DNA of 63,986 nt, counting the filler, from Reticulomyxa filosa (Eukaryota; Protista; Foraminifera), in assembly GCA_000512085.1 (NCBI GenBank). It is 27 parts of 27 records of this genome, joined end to end, with 100 filler letters (N's around TTAATTAATTAA, not from the genome) between each part and the next. Parts side by side here need not be neighbours in the genome. Positions count along the whole stretch, not along the records: positions 34,158 to 39,673 come from ASPP01021034.1; positions 39,774 to 41,048 come from ASPP01024539.1; positions 41,149 to 43,842 come from ASPP01004814.1; positions 43,943 to 45,896 come from ASPP01015041.1; positions 45,997 to 47,292 come from ASPP01035847.1; positions 47,393 to 48,984 come from ASPP01010983.1; 21 more parts are not named here. The stretch is one strand, 5' to 3'. Positions 37,928-49,084 of this stretch are shown here, one piece after another; the stretch's first letter is position 1; every line of letters starts with the position of its first letter. The notes under the pieces are model-generated. The model was not told where the DNA came from, made no database searches, and worked only from the letters and a program-made list of their open reading frames with translations. The position numbers and the translations under genes were made by a program.

Positions 37928-38393
37928 CACACCTTTTACAACTGCAAATGAATTTCGAAGAAATATAAATTGAACTGGCACGGGTAAAAAGTTTTTGTGA
38001 AGGATTTTTGCTAACAAAAAAAGCAGTCACTATTTTCTAAAATTCAAACAGTGTAGTTATTATAACGTTTGATTAGACTACAGTCATCAGTGTTGTATTT
38101 TCTTCAATAATTTTTGTCCATTTTTTAGAAAAGGATAATAATGACAGCAACTTTTTTAAAATTGCCTTTGTTGGTTTTTTTTTTGTAATTTCAATTTTTG
38201 TGTTGGAATAAATTGATAAATCAGTCATGTCAAAGAACTGATGTGTGAAGTTTAAAGTGTCGAGCATATTATAAACGGTTTGGAAAGAAGCATGTTATTA
38301 TTATCGAATGTGCATAACCTTGCATCACTTTTTTCATTGAATAAGAAGAGAGGAGAGAGAGAGAAGGAGGGGAGGGGAGGAAAAAAAGCAAGA

Positions 38394-39638
38394 TTACAAT
38401 CCAAGTTGATATACAAAGAAGATGATGCAAGAGAATTCAAAAATTATTTTTGAGCAGGGTTTTTGATGTGCAGCAGTGGTAGTGGAAGTGTTGTGAGCAG
38501 AAGATTGTTGTGACTGTTGCCTTCTGGGAGAGTGTAGTAAGGCATCAATCCACTGTTTGGCATCGGCAAAAGCGCCTTGAGGATCGGACTTGTGCAATAA
38601 AAAGTACTCTTGTAATTCTGCCATGGAGACGCCTTTATTTTCCAAGAACTTGACAAAATGAGGGAGTGGATGATGAGCAGGAGAGGAAGTATCTGAGGTA
38701 TGTGATCGAGATGTAAATTCGGATAAAACCTTTCAAACATCTTAGTGATCTGATAAGCACTGGCCGGGCCTAAATACTCCATGACATCGACCCTGCCAGG
38801 ACGAATCAAAGCAGAGTCGAGTCTATCGACGTGATTGGTGGTCATGAACACAATGCGTTCCTCGCCAGCACTGACACCGTCCAAAGCGTTCAAAAACCCA
38901 CTGAACGTCAAATAGTTTGAGGCGGACCCCATGGCACTAGTAGTAGTAGTAGTCGTAGTAGAAGAAGAAGAAGAAGAAGAAGTAGTCGGTACAATATGTC
39001 CAGAGCCATCAATATTTTTCAAAGTGTTTTTTTTCGCACGATGGAGTGTGTCCAAGTCCATGTTCTCGGACAAGTCGATTGCTTGTTTCCTCGACGGAAA
39101 CAGACAATCGACATCTTCAAACAAAATGATCGACTTTTCGGGGACATTGATCAGCGACACAGCCAAATGATCATCGGTCAGTCCAGGCGATGCCAACGAC
39201 ATCACGCAAATATCATATCCAATATGTCCTGCCAAAGCCGTCACAAACGAAGACTTGCCGGATCCAGGCTCTCCATATAACAAGTATCCTCTGCGATAAG
39301 GGATGCCTCGATCATAATACCATTGTCGACTTGTCATAAACTCATAAATGTCGTTCACGATCCTGTTGCTTATACCTTCGTCCAATATCACGCTGTCAAT
39401 CACACGTTTACGTCGAGGGTTGCCAAATGGCTTCCATCCTTGATATCCCCAACTTGTGTAGATCGTCGTGTAGTCCAAATCCTTGCTCGTCGCCAGCAGC
39501 TGTGCTTCACGCATCAAATGCTCATAGATGTGCGGCTGACGTCCTATCGTCGTGAACTTTATACATTCCCAAATGTTGCCCCCTTGTTCACCACCACGAG
39601 CACTCAGCTCACGTTCGCGTTCAACCATTAGCCATGAC

Positions 39639-39640
<2 letters not shown>
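38394..39640 (-). CDS. BCS1: Mitochondrial chaperone BCS1 (AAA ATPase), 5'-truncated, frameshift near 38700
   Basis: WKPFGNPRRKR..SVILD, WYYDRGIPYRRGYLLYGEPGSGKSS, TFSGFLNALDGV and RIVFMTTNH..RLD.ALIRPGRVD. The C-terminal VSMAELQEYFL is in the adjacent frame. Confidence 0.95.
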
Positions 39641-39673
<33 letters not shown>

Positions 39674-40321
39674 NNNNNNNNNNNNNNNNNNNNNNNNNNN
39701 NNNNNNNNNNNNNNNNNTTAATTAATTAANNNNNNNNNNNNNNNNNNNNNNNNNNNNNNNNNNNNNNNNNNNNTTTTAGTATTGACTACATTTTTTGCAT
39801 TTGAAAACGCAAGTCATCTTCATTTTCTAAAGGTCTTTATTTTGGAAAGGTAATACATCTTGCAGTTTTTTATGTGCAGAAAAAAATCTTAAACGACATA
39901 GTTGGTATTGAAAAAAAATTCTTTTAAATTTATCACACGTTCTGCATAATTCAAAAATTTCTCTACAGTGTAGTTCAATTTTTTTAAAAAAATCACCACG
40001 AACAAAAAAAAGGTGTTACCCCTTTTTGATTATAGAAAAGAGATAATGCACTCTTTCTCCATGCTCAAGCATTTTGTACGATTCAAAAAAAATGTAAAAA
40101 AAAAGGAGAACACTATCGAATTATCATAATTCCAATGACAGACTTTCATATGTTGAAGTTCGCATTGATAGTGCAAAAAGGAAAATATTTACTAGTTTTT
40201 TATCTTTTCAATAATATCTTTTGAGCATACTCAAATTAGCAAAAAGAAATAAAAACCATATTTAAAGTTAACAAATATTTTAATTAAAAAATTAATTAAC
40301 TTTAATTCATTTTACTAAATT

Positions 40322-40520
40322 TTATAATAATTTTATCAAAATCATCGATCCAAATTTTATTTCTGAAGTTCGAATCCAATATTCAATAATAAATAAATAA
40401 TTCCAGCTGTGAAACTCCCATAAACGCATTTTAGTCTTCATGTGAGTTGATACTGATACATGTTTATCATCTTTCCCTCCAATGATGTAAATATCATTGT
40501 CTTCCTCATTCAATATGTTG
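40322..40520 (-). pseudogene. Kelch-family C-terminal fragment
   Basis: LNEEDNDIYIIGGKDDK..STHMKTK..IIEYWIRTSEIKFG, isolated in non-coding DNA. Confidence 0.6.
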
Positions 40521-41148
40521 GATTTGAATTGTAAAAGAAAATGATGTTTTGATAATGCACCTTATTGTCCTTTTAGCTTTACCCTGTTTTGCGTGTTTGA
40601 TACAATACAAAAACAATCTAAAAAATTAGATGAAGAAAACACAATACTTAAAATATCTTGCATTTATTTTACTATTTGGATACAATTTTCATTAATTATG
40701 CTTTTCAATTTTTTAAAAGACATTGAACGCAGCTTTCTAATTTTTTTTAAACAACAAAGTAAAATAGAAAACTTCTTTCAATGCTTACATTCAATAAAAT
40801 CAAACAAGTTTATCACATTGCTTTTCTTTCAATCAAACTTTGCAAAGAAAAGACACTTTCATTTCTTATTCGACAAAACAGTAAATTATCCCCAAATACG
40901 AATGGGACCGCTAAGTGAACCATAACACAAATTCGAATCATATGTGATATTCTTTGTATTATCTTTCTTTTTCAATACAATAAATTTAAGACACAATATT
41001 CCACAATCTTCTTTATAATCTCCTTTGATCATATACAATTCATTCTTANNNNNNNNNNNNNNNNNNNNNNNNNNNNNNNNNNNNNNNNNNNNTTAATTAA
41101 TTAANNNNNNNNNNNNNNNNNNNNNNNNNNNNNNNNNNNNNNNNNNNN

Positions 41149-43842
41149 AAAAAAAAGAAAAAAAAGAACAAAAATAAAAGAGAAAAAAAAATGAAGAAAT
41201 TTGCAAAAAAAGGGATATTGTCCCTGAATTTGGAAGATTGCGTATGCCACACGCACTAGCAATTGAAAAGCAAAAGTGGCCAAACGTCGTGTGCAGCGAA
41301 AGTAGTGGAAAAGCTGGCGAAACTTGTCAAGATCGCTGGCAAATAGAAAGAGAAAGAGTTGGAGGAGAAAGAGCTGGAGGATATTTGGAGAAGAAAGAGT
41401 TGATGAAAAAGAGTGGAAGAGAGAGCATTGGATAACATTTCAAAGTTTGGTATTTATTAAAAAAAGAAAAAATCGTTTGGATTATTTTGTTTAGTTGTTG
41501 AATGTCTATCGACAGGTACTGATCGTTGTGGAAGCTGGAATCAATTTTATGGCGAGTAAATAATCGAGCAGAGGAGATCGATCGTCTATCGAACAGTGTA
41601 CGTACGGGTATTCGCAACTTTTCTGGTTGGTGAGCGTGAGAGACATTGAGCGTTGGTGAATAGAGCACAAACAAATCCAAGACAGCAAGACATTTCGACT
41701 CAGAAGCAAGTTCGCCAAAAAGAAGAAAACGAAAGTGATGAAGAAGAATAACAAGTCGATATCGTGTTGGATTTGTAAAAGAAAAAAGTAGTCGGCCGGC
41801 AGTGTTGAACTTGGTTATGAAATTTTTCAAGCCAAGAAAAACGCAAATTCGCCACTTGCTGGCGTGGAGTATCTTCACATATAGTCTCAATGAAATGTGC
41901 TAGGGAGTTTGTCAATGTTCGGCATTGCAACTCGAAGCAGTAGAAATATTTGTTTGCCGCCAATTTAGATGCACAAAAGTCCTGCGGATAACTATTGACG
42001 TGGCAAAGCACCAAAGTGCGATCTTCAGGCGCCAAAGAATAAGTGAGATTTGGTCATTATTGAAATGGATCTAATTTTATTAACACAAGATCGCGCAGAA
42101 ACTGTTTGTGCGCGTACGCACATTCGCAACTTAGATGTTGAGTCATGAGTTCGCGGATCATCACATCGTCGACGAGAGAAGATAACCTTGGTGCAGCTAG
42201 AACATAAAATCAAGCCCTCCATGAAGAAGAAAAAAAAAGATGGTGATAGCAAGCAAAGTGAAAACGACGCCGACATTATCTTGTAGCAACGGCTGCAGTG
42301 ACTGAACCGATGAAGAGGTGAAAAAGACGATGGAAAAAAAAGAACGCGAACATGGTAGGAAAATAAGTGACATTGCGATCAACAAGATACTGGCAAGAAA
42401 GTAGAGGAATAGGAAGAGAAGAAGAAGGATGGGGATGAAGAGAATTAAAAACAAAAAGACATATCTTTATCACGTTGGATTTGGTTAAAAGAAAAAAAAA
42501 AGCCGGTCGACAGGTTTTCTTGACATTGGCTATAGACTCGCGATTTACGTCTGGAAACACGCAAAGTCGCTAATGGCGAACGTCGACTAACTTCCAATAG
42601 CGTCCTCCCTTCACCAATAGAAAATATCAAACGAATATGGCAATATCTAGCAGTGGTAGTCCCAAGTATTTGGAAAAAGTTGTTTGTAAATCAACTTATG
42701 CAAACACAAGTCTCTGGTGCCTTGCCACGCCAATAGCTATCCGCAAAGAAAGTAGTAAACTGCAATCTACCGGCGCCAACGGGCAAGTTAATTTTTTCAT
42801 TTAGGTTGTTGTCCTGCGTTTATAAAATTAGGTCCCATTTCTATGACGACCAAGTTTGCGCAACCGTGTCGAAACATGGTCGTGTGGCGCACATGCGCAC
42901 ATTTGGATTTCAAGTCATGTTCATACCGATGGGGGGAATCGTAAGTTCACGGGCGACATGGAACACTGCGCATTCTCAGACATGGACGAATATCACGTAG
43001 TGCGCCCCCTCGCCCCCTCCAATGCAAGGGTGGGGCAATGTCAAGAGCAGTACCAATTGTACTTATGGCGACAACGACCAAATGCAGTCCGTGCTATCTT
43101 TTACCCATTTGTCAATTGTATCAGCACATTGGACTGGTGTTGTGAGCGCCAATACTTGGGTACCGCTGCCGTGTTCCGCAATTTGATTTGGTATGCGCGA
43201 TAGATCTAATACTATTGCGCGTTTGTTACGAAAAGTAACAAGGTTATACCAGTCGAGAATTTGATCGACTATTCAAAAGTCGCTCCATTATTTTGGAACA
43301 AGAAAAATGTTGAATATTGATAATGTATGATGGAGCTGGGTACTGCTGGGTAAAACGATACAATATTTTACGTAAGCAGTCGAGCCCATCATCCCCCCCT
43401 CTCCTTTCCACATGGGCTTGTTGTTATTTGGCTGGTAATTTATGCGTGCCTGTTCCAAGTCCATGTTTTCTATCATTACAATCGTGTTTGGGTCCATTTG
43501 TTGAAAAAGTTTTTATATATGTACATTTTTTTATTTTATATGCAAATATTCAATAATTAATAACAACATCTTTATACGTATATTGATTGTTCATTTGTTA
43601 TGTATGTAGTATGTGTTGCTTGAAATTGTTTATAGGTATTTCAAAATCTAACAATGAAATTTTGGAACGCAGATGGACAAATTTTTGCTGTTTACATTGC
43701 CATTTGTGCTGCAGCGAGTTCCCAGCAATGATGGTAACAGTGACAGCAACGGCAATGAAAGTACAAGTGGAAGCCTCATGGTCGAATTGTTGTGAGGAAA
43801 GTCCAATATATCGTCGAATCATGGGCCGCACTACAACGCAAA
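41149..43842 (+). mobile_element. Degenerate non-LTR retrotransposon (APE endonuclease + RT remnants)
   Basis: Motif remnants in LINE order: MDLILL (about 42065) and ADHH (about 42155) for APE; LLSCVYKI (42806), TFGFQ, AIFYPFVNCISTLDW, DG..CW..KQSSPSSPPLL (PQGSPLSPLLF-like, about 43375) and FVEK at the YADD position (about 43500). Confidence 0.7.
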
Positions 43843-43942
43843 NNNNNNNNNNNNNNNNNNNNNNNNNNNNNNNNNNNNNNNNNNNNTTAATTAATTAANN
43901 NNNNNNNNNNNNNNNNNNNNNNNNNNNNNNNNNNNNNNNNNN

Positions 43943-44855
43943 GCGTGTGCGTACGTCAATCTTTTTTTTTTTTTTAAAAAAATTATCTCAAAACTGTGGC
44001 AAAACTAATGATTGAGTAGAATCATCGACTTCTTCCAAGATGCGATCAACCGAACGTGCCATAACGACACTGAAGAGGAAAGCAACGACGCCGCAGGAAG
44101 ACGACAAAAGAGGGAGCGATGAGACTATTTGCGTTTTCAAGTCTTCCGAAGTTGTGCACACAGTGCACCACACATGAGAGGCATGCGAATCCAAAGCCAC
44201 GACCCATGGCAAGTAGCACTTATCTCGTGCACATTGGACAAGTATCCTTTGCAGAGACCGCAAAAGTGCCTCCATCTTTTGCTTGTCCGTCGCGACAATG
44301 GGCGCTTCGCTCTCGTTGCGCAGTTGCACTTGCAATGAGGTATCAAACACTAACTCTCGCAAAATATAGCCTTGCACAGATGCCAAGATCCCACACGGCC
44401 CTCCATGTAATTGCAATAAACCAAATCTCATGTTCTCGTCCGACACAAACTCAAATCCTTGTTGGTACCATCGATTTACATCCTTTGGCTCCGCATCTTT
44501 GCCCCAAATTAGGTCTTTCACACGCTCTATCGTTTTTTGATCCACCTCTTTTGCTTTCTTCTCGCTCTCAATCACTTTGGAGTCATATACAAATGGAGGA
44601 AATATACTGTACATTTCGTTGTTATCCGTGTCTGTTGTTGATCCCTTGTCGTTCTCTTCTAACTTTATCTCCGTCTCTATTCATATTTTTATCCTTTTTT
44701 TTTCCTCCCTCTTTCCCGGAGTTACACAGACATTCCACACCATCTGGGATTCTTAATGGTTTGTCTACTGACATATCGCTCGCATTACTAGATCTTCTCT
44801 CGGAATAATATTCAGATAAATGATCAATGTTTGATACAAATCCCTCATGCGACAT
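43943..44855 (-). CDS. MINDY-3/4 (DUF4205) deubiquitinase, partial
   Basis: RWYQQGFEF...FGLLQLHGGPCGILASVQGYIL (catalytic Q..GGPCG motif) and GVVAFLFSVVMAR. Confidence 0.85.
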
Positions 44856-45192
44856 TTTTTTTTTGTTGATATTTTCCCCTGCAATTGTGTTGCAAATACG
44901 GAACTTTCTGAACCGCAGATATCTTTCGTTTTATTGGTTGGACTAGTTAATGAGATGCAATGGGAATAAAAAATCAGGCGAAGTTTTTTTATTTAGAAAT
45001 GCACAATAACTTAAAAAAAAAAATTAATGAAAGAAATAACTCCACATTGCGGTGTTTCAATAGTTGAGGAAATCCAAAAGAGAATGCACGCAAAAAAAAT
45101 AATTATTTATTTTTCAAGTGTTGGAAACACAAAAAAAATCATTTAATATATTTAATTAAGCAAACTATAAACAACAAAAAAGAAACATATTT

Positions 45193-45896
45193 TTATTGAT
45201 GAGTGATTTGCACGTGCCCTTCGTTCCCTTCAACACCAAGCGATGTTACACCTTCCTGCTCGACGTGTGTGTAATTAGGAGCACTGGGCTGGTTATTGTC
45301 TTGCACAAGCTGAGAAGGATGAGGTGGGACGTATACTACTTGCGCAGGTTGGGGTTGTTGTGAATAGTATTGTGGGGGGTATTGTGGGGGGTATTGTGGA
45401 TAGTACTGTAGAGAATTTTGATATTGTATAGCTCCATTGTTTAAATTCACTGGTGTGGGATTAACGGTCATTGTCACTTGTGTTTGTTGGTTGGTAGTTA
45501 CGACAGCGCTTTGGCCAATCTGTACAGGTGCGGCAATTATTGGTGGGGTGCGCTTTAATTTTTTTTATTATTTATTTTTGCTAACGTATACTTCTCTTGT
45601 AACGTTAAAAAAAAAAAAAAAAAAAAAAAAACTTTTTGCTTCTGAAAATACCTTGGTACGAAACAGTTAAGACAATCCCTACACCGAAGTGCGCATATGA
45701 TACAGCAGCAAATAAAAACTAGCACACCAACAATAGTTCCGGCTACAGAACCACTAGAACTACTCGAGGAGCTTGATCCACTGGAAGTGTTGTAGTAATA
45801 GTTATTGTAACCGAATTTCTTTCTGACCGTCTCGCCACAATGTGAAGTATAAATGCAGTTGACATCTCTGGAATAAGTATGGGACTGGTTATTACA
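45193..45896 (-). CDS. Single-pass membrane protein with Cys-rich juxtamembrane segment and Pro/Tyr/Gln-rich tail (5'-truncated)
   Basis: VAGTIVGVLVFICCIICALRCRDC TM exon, an intron at about 45535-45650, then a QYPPQYPPQY tail. Confidence 0.6.
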
Positions 45897-46855
45897 NNNN
45901 NNNNNNNNNNNNNNNNNNNNNNNNNNNNNNNNNNNNNNNNTTAATTAATTAANNNNNNNNNNNNNNNNNNNNNNNNNNNNNNNNNNNNNNNNNNNNTTAG
46001 TTGGTCGTCAATGAGATAGATTATCAAATCGCATGTTAACACACACTCATTGTCAGCACTGTGTCTTGGCACAATGCAAGGTTTGAGACTATGTGGTAAT
46101 TGTCATTATGCTCGTTTGCTGTTTCATTACCCTTTTTATTAAAGAAGTGTACCCATTGAGACGAGGTTGACAAGTCTTTTTTAAAGTTAATCCCTTTTTT
46201 TTTTTAAATAAAAGTAACTAATTAATTAACTAATTTGAAATAAAAGAACACTAACAAATGCTCAAAGCTTCTGAAACGTGTGTTTTTGACTACTCTTTAG
46301 GGACAGTTTCCGAAATTGAATTTCTTACTAATTTGATACTTTCTTATCCAAACTTGTTGGCATTACATTACATCAGTGAGCAAAACTGGTTTGGAGAGCT
46401 TAAAATTCCATCACTTTGGAGCGATTAGTAATAGATGAACCGCATATTGGACTAGATTTAATTCAACGCAAGTGTATTAACGGATTAGGTTTAATATATA
46501 CATCAATACCATTCGAGTAAGAAACTGTGAAAGATATAAATGGAATATGTAGTTATTACAATGATTATAAAAATAAAAATTTATTGTTGACACACTATAT
46601 ATAATTAATTTATTGTTCATCAAAAACTGTTTCAGTAATTCATATTTATTATAATTCAATTTAACAATCAAAACAGCAAAAGAAAATGTAAAATTGCGAA
46701 TTTGTTTCGTGAAATAATCGAGATATTACTTTTTCACGAATACTTTTTTGTTGCAAAGTTTGTAAAAGGTATATGACTTTAAGGAAACAAGGATTTTTTT
46801 AAGAGCAGAATTTTTCAACTAGAAAAAACTCTTAAAAAGGGAACTAACTTTCCAT

Positions 46856-47292
46856 ATGGATCCAACTGACATTAAAACAGAAAAAGAAGCTTCGATCTCG
46901 ATCATTGAAACCTTATTTGAACCTTTGGCATCCTGTTCTTCTCAGTTTGCTAAAACTCAATGTGTGACACACAATTATGAAATTCTGGTTTGTGGTGGTT
47001 ATTTTAAGAGAGATTGTTATTCTTATCATACACTCAAAGATCAATATAAATACATTTGTTCATATCCAAGTAGTGTTCAATTAGACGGACATTTTGTGAT
47101 AAAGTGCCTAAACAACACAAATAACAATATGGTGGACAAAGTAATGATAAAAAAAAACACACATTAATAATGAAATATGTAAATGTTTGAGATAATGATA
47201 ATAATAGCAATAATAATGATATAATAAAACATATAAATGAATGGACTCCTTTAATTGATAAAGAGAATAATTCAATAATTATTGGTAAAAAT
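46856..47292 (+). pseudogene. Kelch-motif protein N-terminal part, frameshifted
   Basis: TQCVTHNYEILVCGGYFKRDCYSYHTLKDQYKYICSYP..LDGH; the continuation HTLIMKYVNV* is out of frame. Paralog of 21427-22432. Confidence 0.7.
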
Positions 47293-47392
47293 NNNNNNNN
47301 NNNNNNNNNNNNNNNNNNNNNNNNNNNNNNNNNNNNTTAATTAATTAANNNNNNNNNNNNNNNNNNNNNNNNNNNNNNNNNNNNNNNNNNNN

Positions 47393-48311
47393 AGCGCCTT
47401 GTCCACGTTCTTCGCTACCGCGAAGTTGAACATCCAGCCGCCGGAGGCAATGCCGGTCGGGCCCACCGGGGCAGCCGCCACGGCGGTGGACTTGTACAGC
47501 ACCGGCGCTTCGTCACGGATGCGGGTCAGCGAGGTAGGAGTGGAAACCAGCATCGCCATCTTGCCGGCGTTGTAGGCCTGCATCTGCACCTGGAAGTTAT
47601 CCTGGGCGAACAGGTTGTCTTTCAGCAGCGCGCCGGCTTTGTAGGCGTCGGCCAGCTTTTTCATCATCGCCACGTGCGCCGGGCTGTTGAATACCGCCTT
47701 GCCGCCTTTCACCACGTCCAGGCCGTTCTGGATCAGGAAGCCTTCGATCTTGGTGGGGCCCAGGGTGGGGCAAAGCCGGCGACGCCGGTTTTGGCCTTGA
47801 TGGCTTTGGAGAACGACAGCTGTTCGTCAAACGTCTTCGGCGCGGCTTTCAGGCCGGCGCGGGCGAACAGGTCCTTGTTGTAGGCAATCACGTTGGCGCC
47901 GTTGTAGTGCGGGAAGGCGTAGGTCTTGCCTTCGAAGGTCACGTCAGCCAGCGCGCCTTTCACGAACTGCGACTTGTTGATGATGGCGTCTACCGGCTGG
48001 ATCAGGCCGTCCTGCTTGTAGTCGTACGCCCAAGGCACGTTCAGGTTCACCAGTGCCGGCGGTTTGCCCGCGCCCACTGCGGCGGTGAACTTGGCCTGGA
48101 TCACGTCCCACGGGTAATCGGTCCACTTCACTTCCACGCCCGGGTTCTGCGCGTTGTACTTGCTCACCAGGTCCTTGAAGTAGCCGTCAAATTTGGGCGA
48201 CAGGCTCATGGTCCACACTTCGATCACCGGCTTGTCGGCGGCAAAGGCACCAAAAGAGGCAGTCAGGCCAACGGCCAGCAGCGTGGCGCTGGCGATAGAT
48301 TTCAGTTTCAT
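47393..48311 (-). CDS. Bacterial sugar ABC transporter substrate-binding protein (SBP family 1), 3'-truncated; single-base frameshift at about 47768
   Basis: GC-rich; signal peptide MKLKSIASATLLAVGLTASFGAFA; NPGVEVKWTDYPW, GKTYAFPHY and YNKDLF..AGL..APKTFDE. Adding one base to the G4 run at 47767-47770 restores AGFAPTLGPTKIEGFL...VVKGGK. Confidence 0.92.
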
Positions 48312-48469
48312 GCTCGGACTCTCGCGTAGGTTGTGTTGTGCTGGCGTGGGCGGCCGCGGCAGGGCCGGCTTGCGCCTGTGTGCTACCGGTTGGCAGCACA
48401 CGCTTTCCGTGTTTGGCCGTGGCGTTGGCGGGTTGTTGTAAAGCCTTGCGACCGCGGCGAAGCCAATCT

Positions 48470-48498
48470 AATACCAGCGAAATACCAGAGCAATACCA
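48470..48498 (-). promoter_or_regulatory. Three TGGTATT direct repeats with 11-bp period (NagQ-like GntR operator)
   Basis: AATACCA at 48470, 48481 and 48492. TGGTATT direct repeats are, from memory, the NagQ-type motif. Confidence 0.6.
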
Positions 48499-48557
48499 AT
48501 GTGAAACCTTTCGCCAATGTTGCAGTGCGACTACATCAAAAATGCAACAGAAGCTTA

Positions 48558-48573
48558 TTGGAATCGATACCAA
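48558..48573. promoter_or_regulatory. Near-palindromic operator-like site TTGGAATCGATACCAA
   Basis: 16-bp inverted repeat with a central CG and one mismatched pair (LacI-like geometry). Confidence 0.35.
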
Positions 48574-48831
48574 ACTGCTAAAAATCAGCATTTTAGTAAC
48601 GGGCGTTATTGTTTTGCTGTTTTCGATTTTCAAGCATTATTCTGGCGTGTGTTCAGTATTGTTGCGCACGGATATGCCATAAAGGCGAGTGGCTAACACG
48701 TGCTCAGCTTGTGCTGCGCTGCGAGAGAAAAAGCAGGAAATGCCCGTCAGCACTGGTCTGTATTGGTATGGCAGCTGGTGTTGCACTGGTATGGCTGAAG
48801 GCTGGCTGACGGGCAAAGGTTGGCCGCATGG

Positions 48832-48984
48832 CTAGCGTGGGCAGGCGGTGTCAAACTCGCCGCTGTAACGGAAGATCTCGCCCAGCAGCGGGTGGGTGAG
48901 GCGGAAGTCCATCGCAAAACGGGTGTTGCTGATGGCGTGCTCCACGATGGTGGTATGCCCCAGCAGCAGCCATTCCGGCAGCGG
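48832..48984 (-). CDS. Bacterial DUF4166-like protein, C-terminal end
   Basis: PLPEWLLLGHTTIVEHAISNTRFAMDFRLTHPLLGEIFRYSGEF..*; GC-rich codon usage. Confidence 0.6.
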   Translation of the reverse strand, partial: PLPEWLLLGHTTIVEHAISNTRFAMDFRLTHPLLGEIFRYSGEFDTACPR

Positions 48985-49084
48985 NNNNNNNNNNNNNNNN
49001 NNNNNNNNNNNNNNNNNNNNNNNNNNNNTTAATTAATTAANNNNNNNNNNNNNNNNNNNNNNNNNNNNNNNNNNNNNNNNNNNN

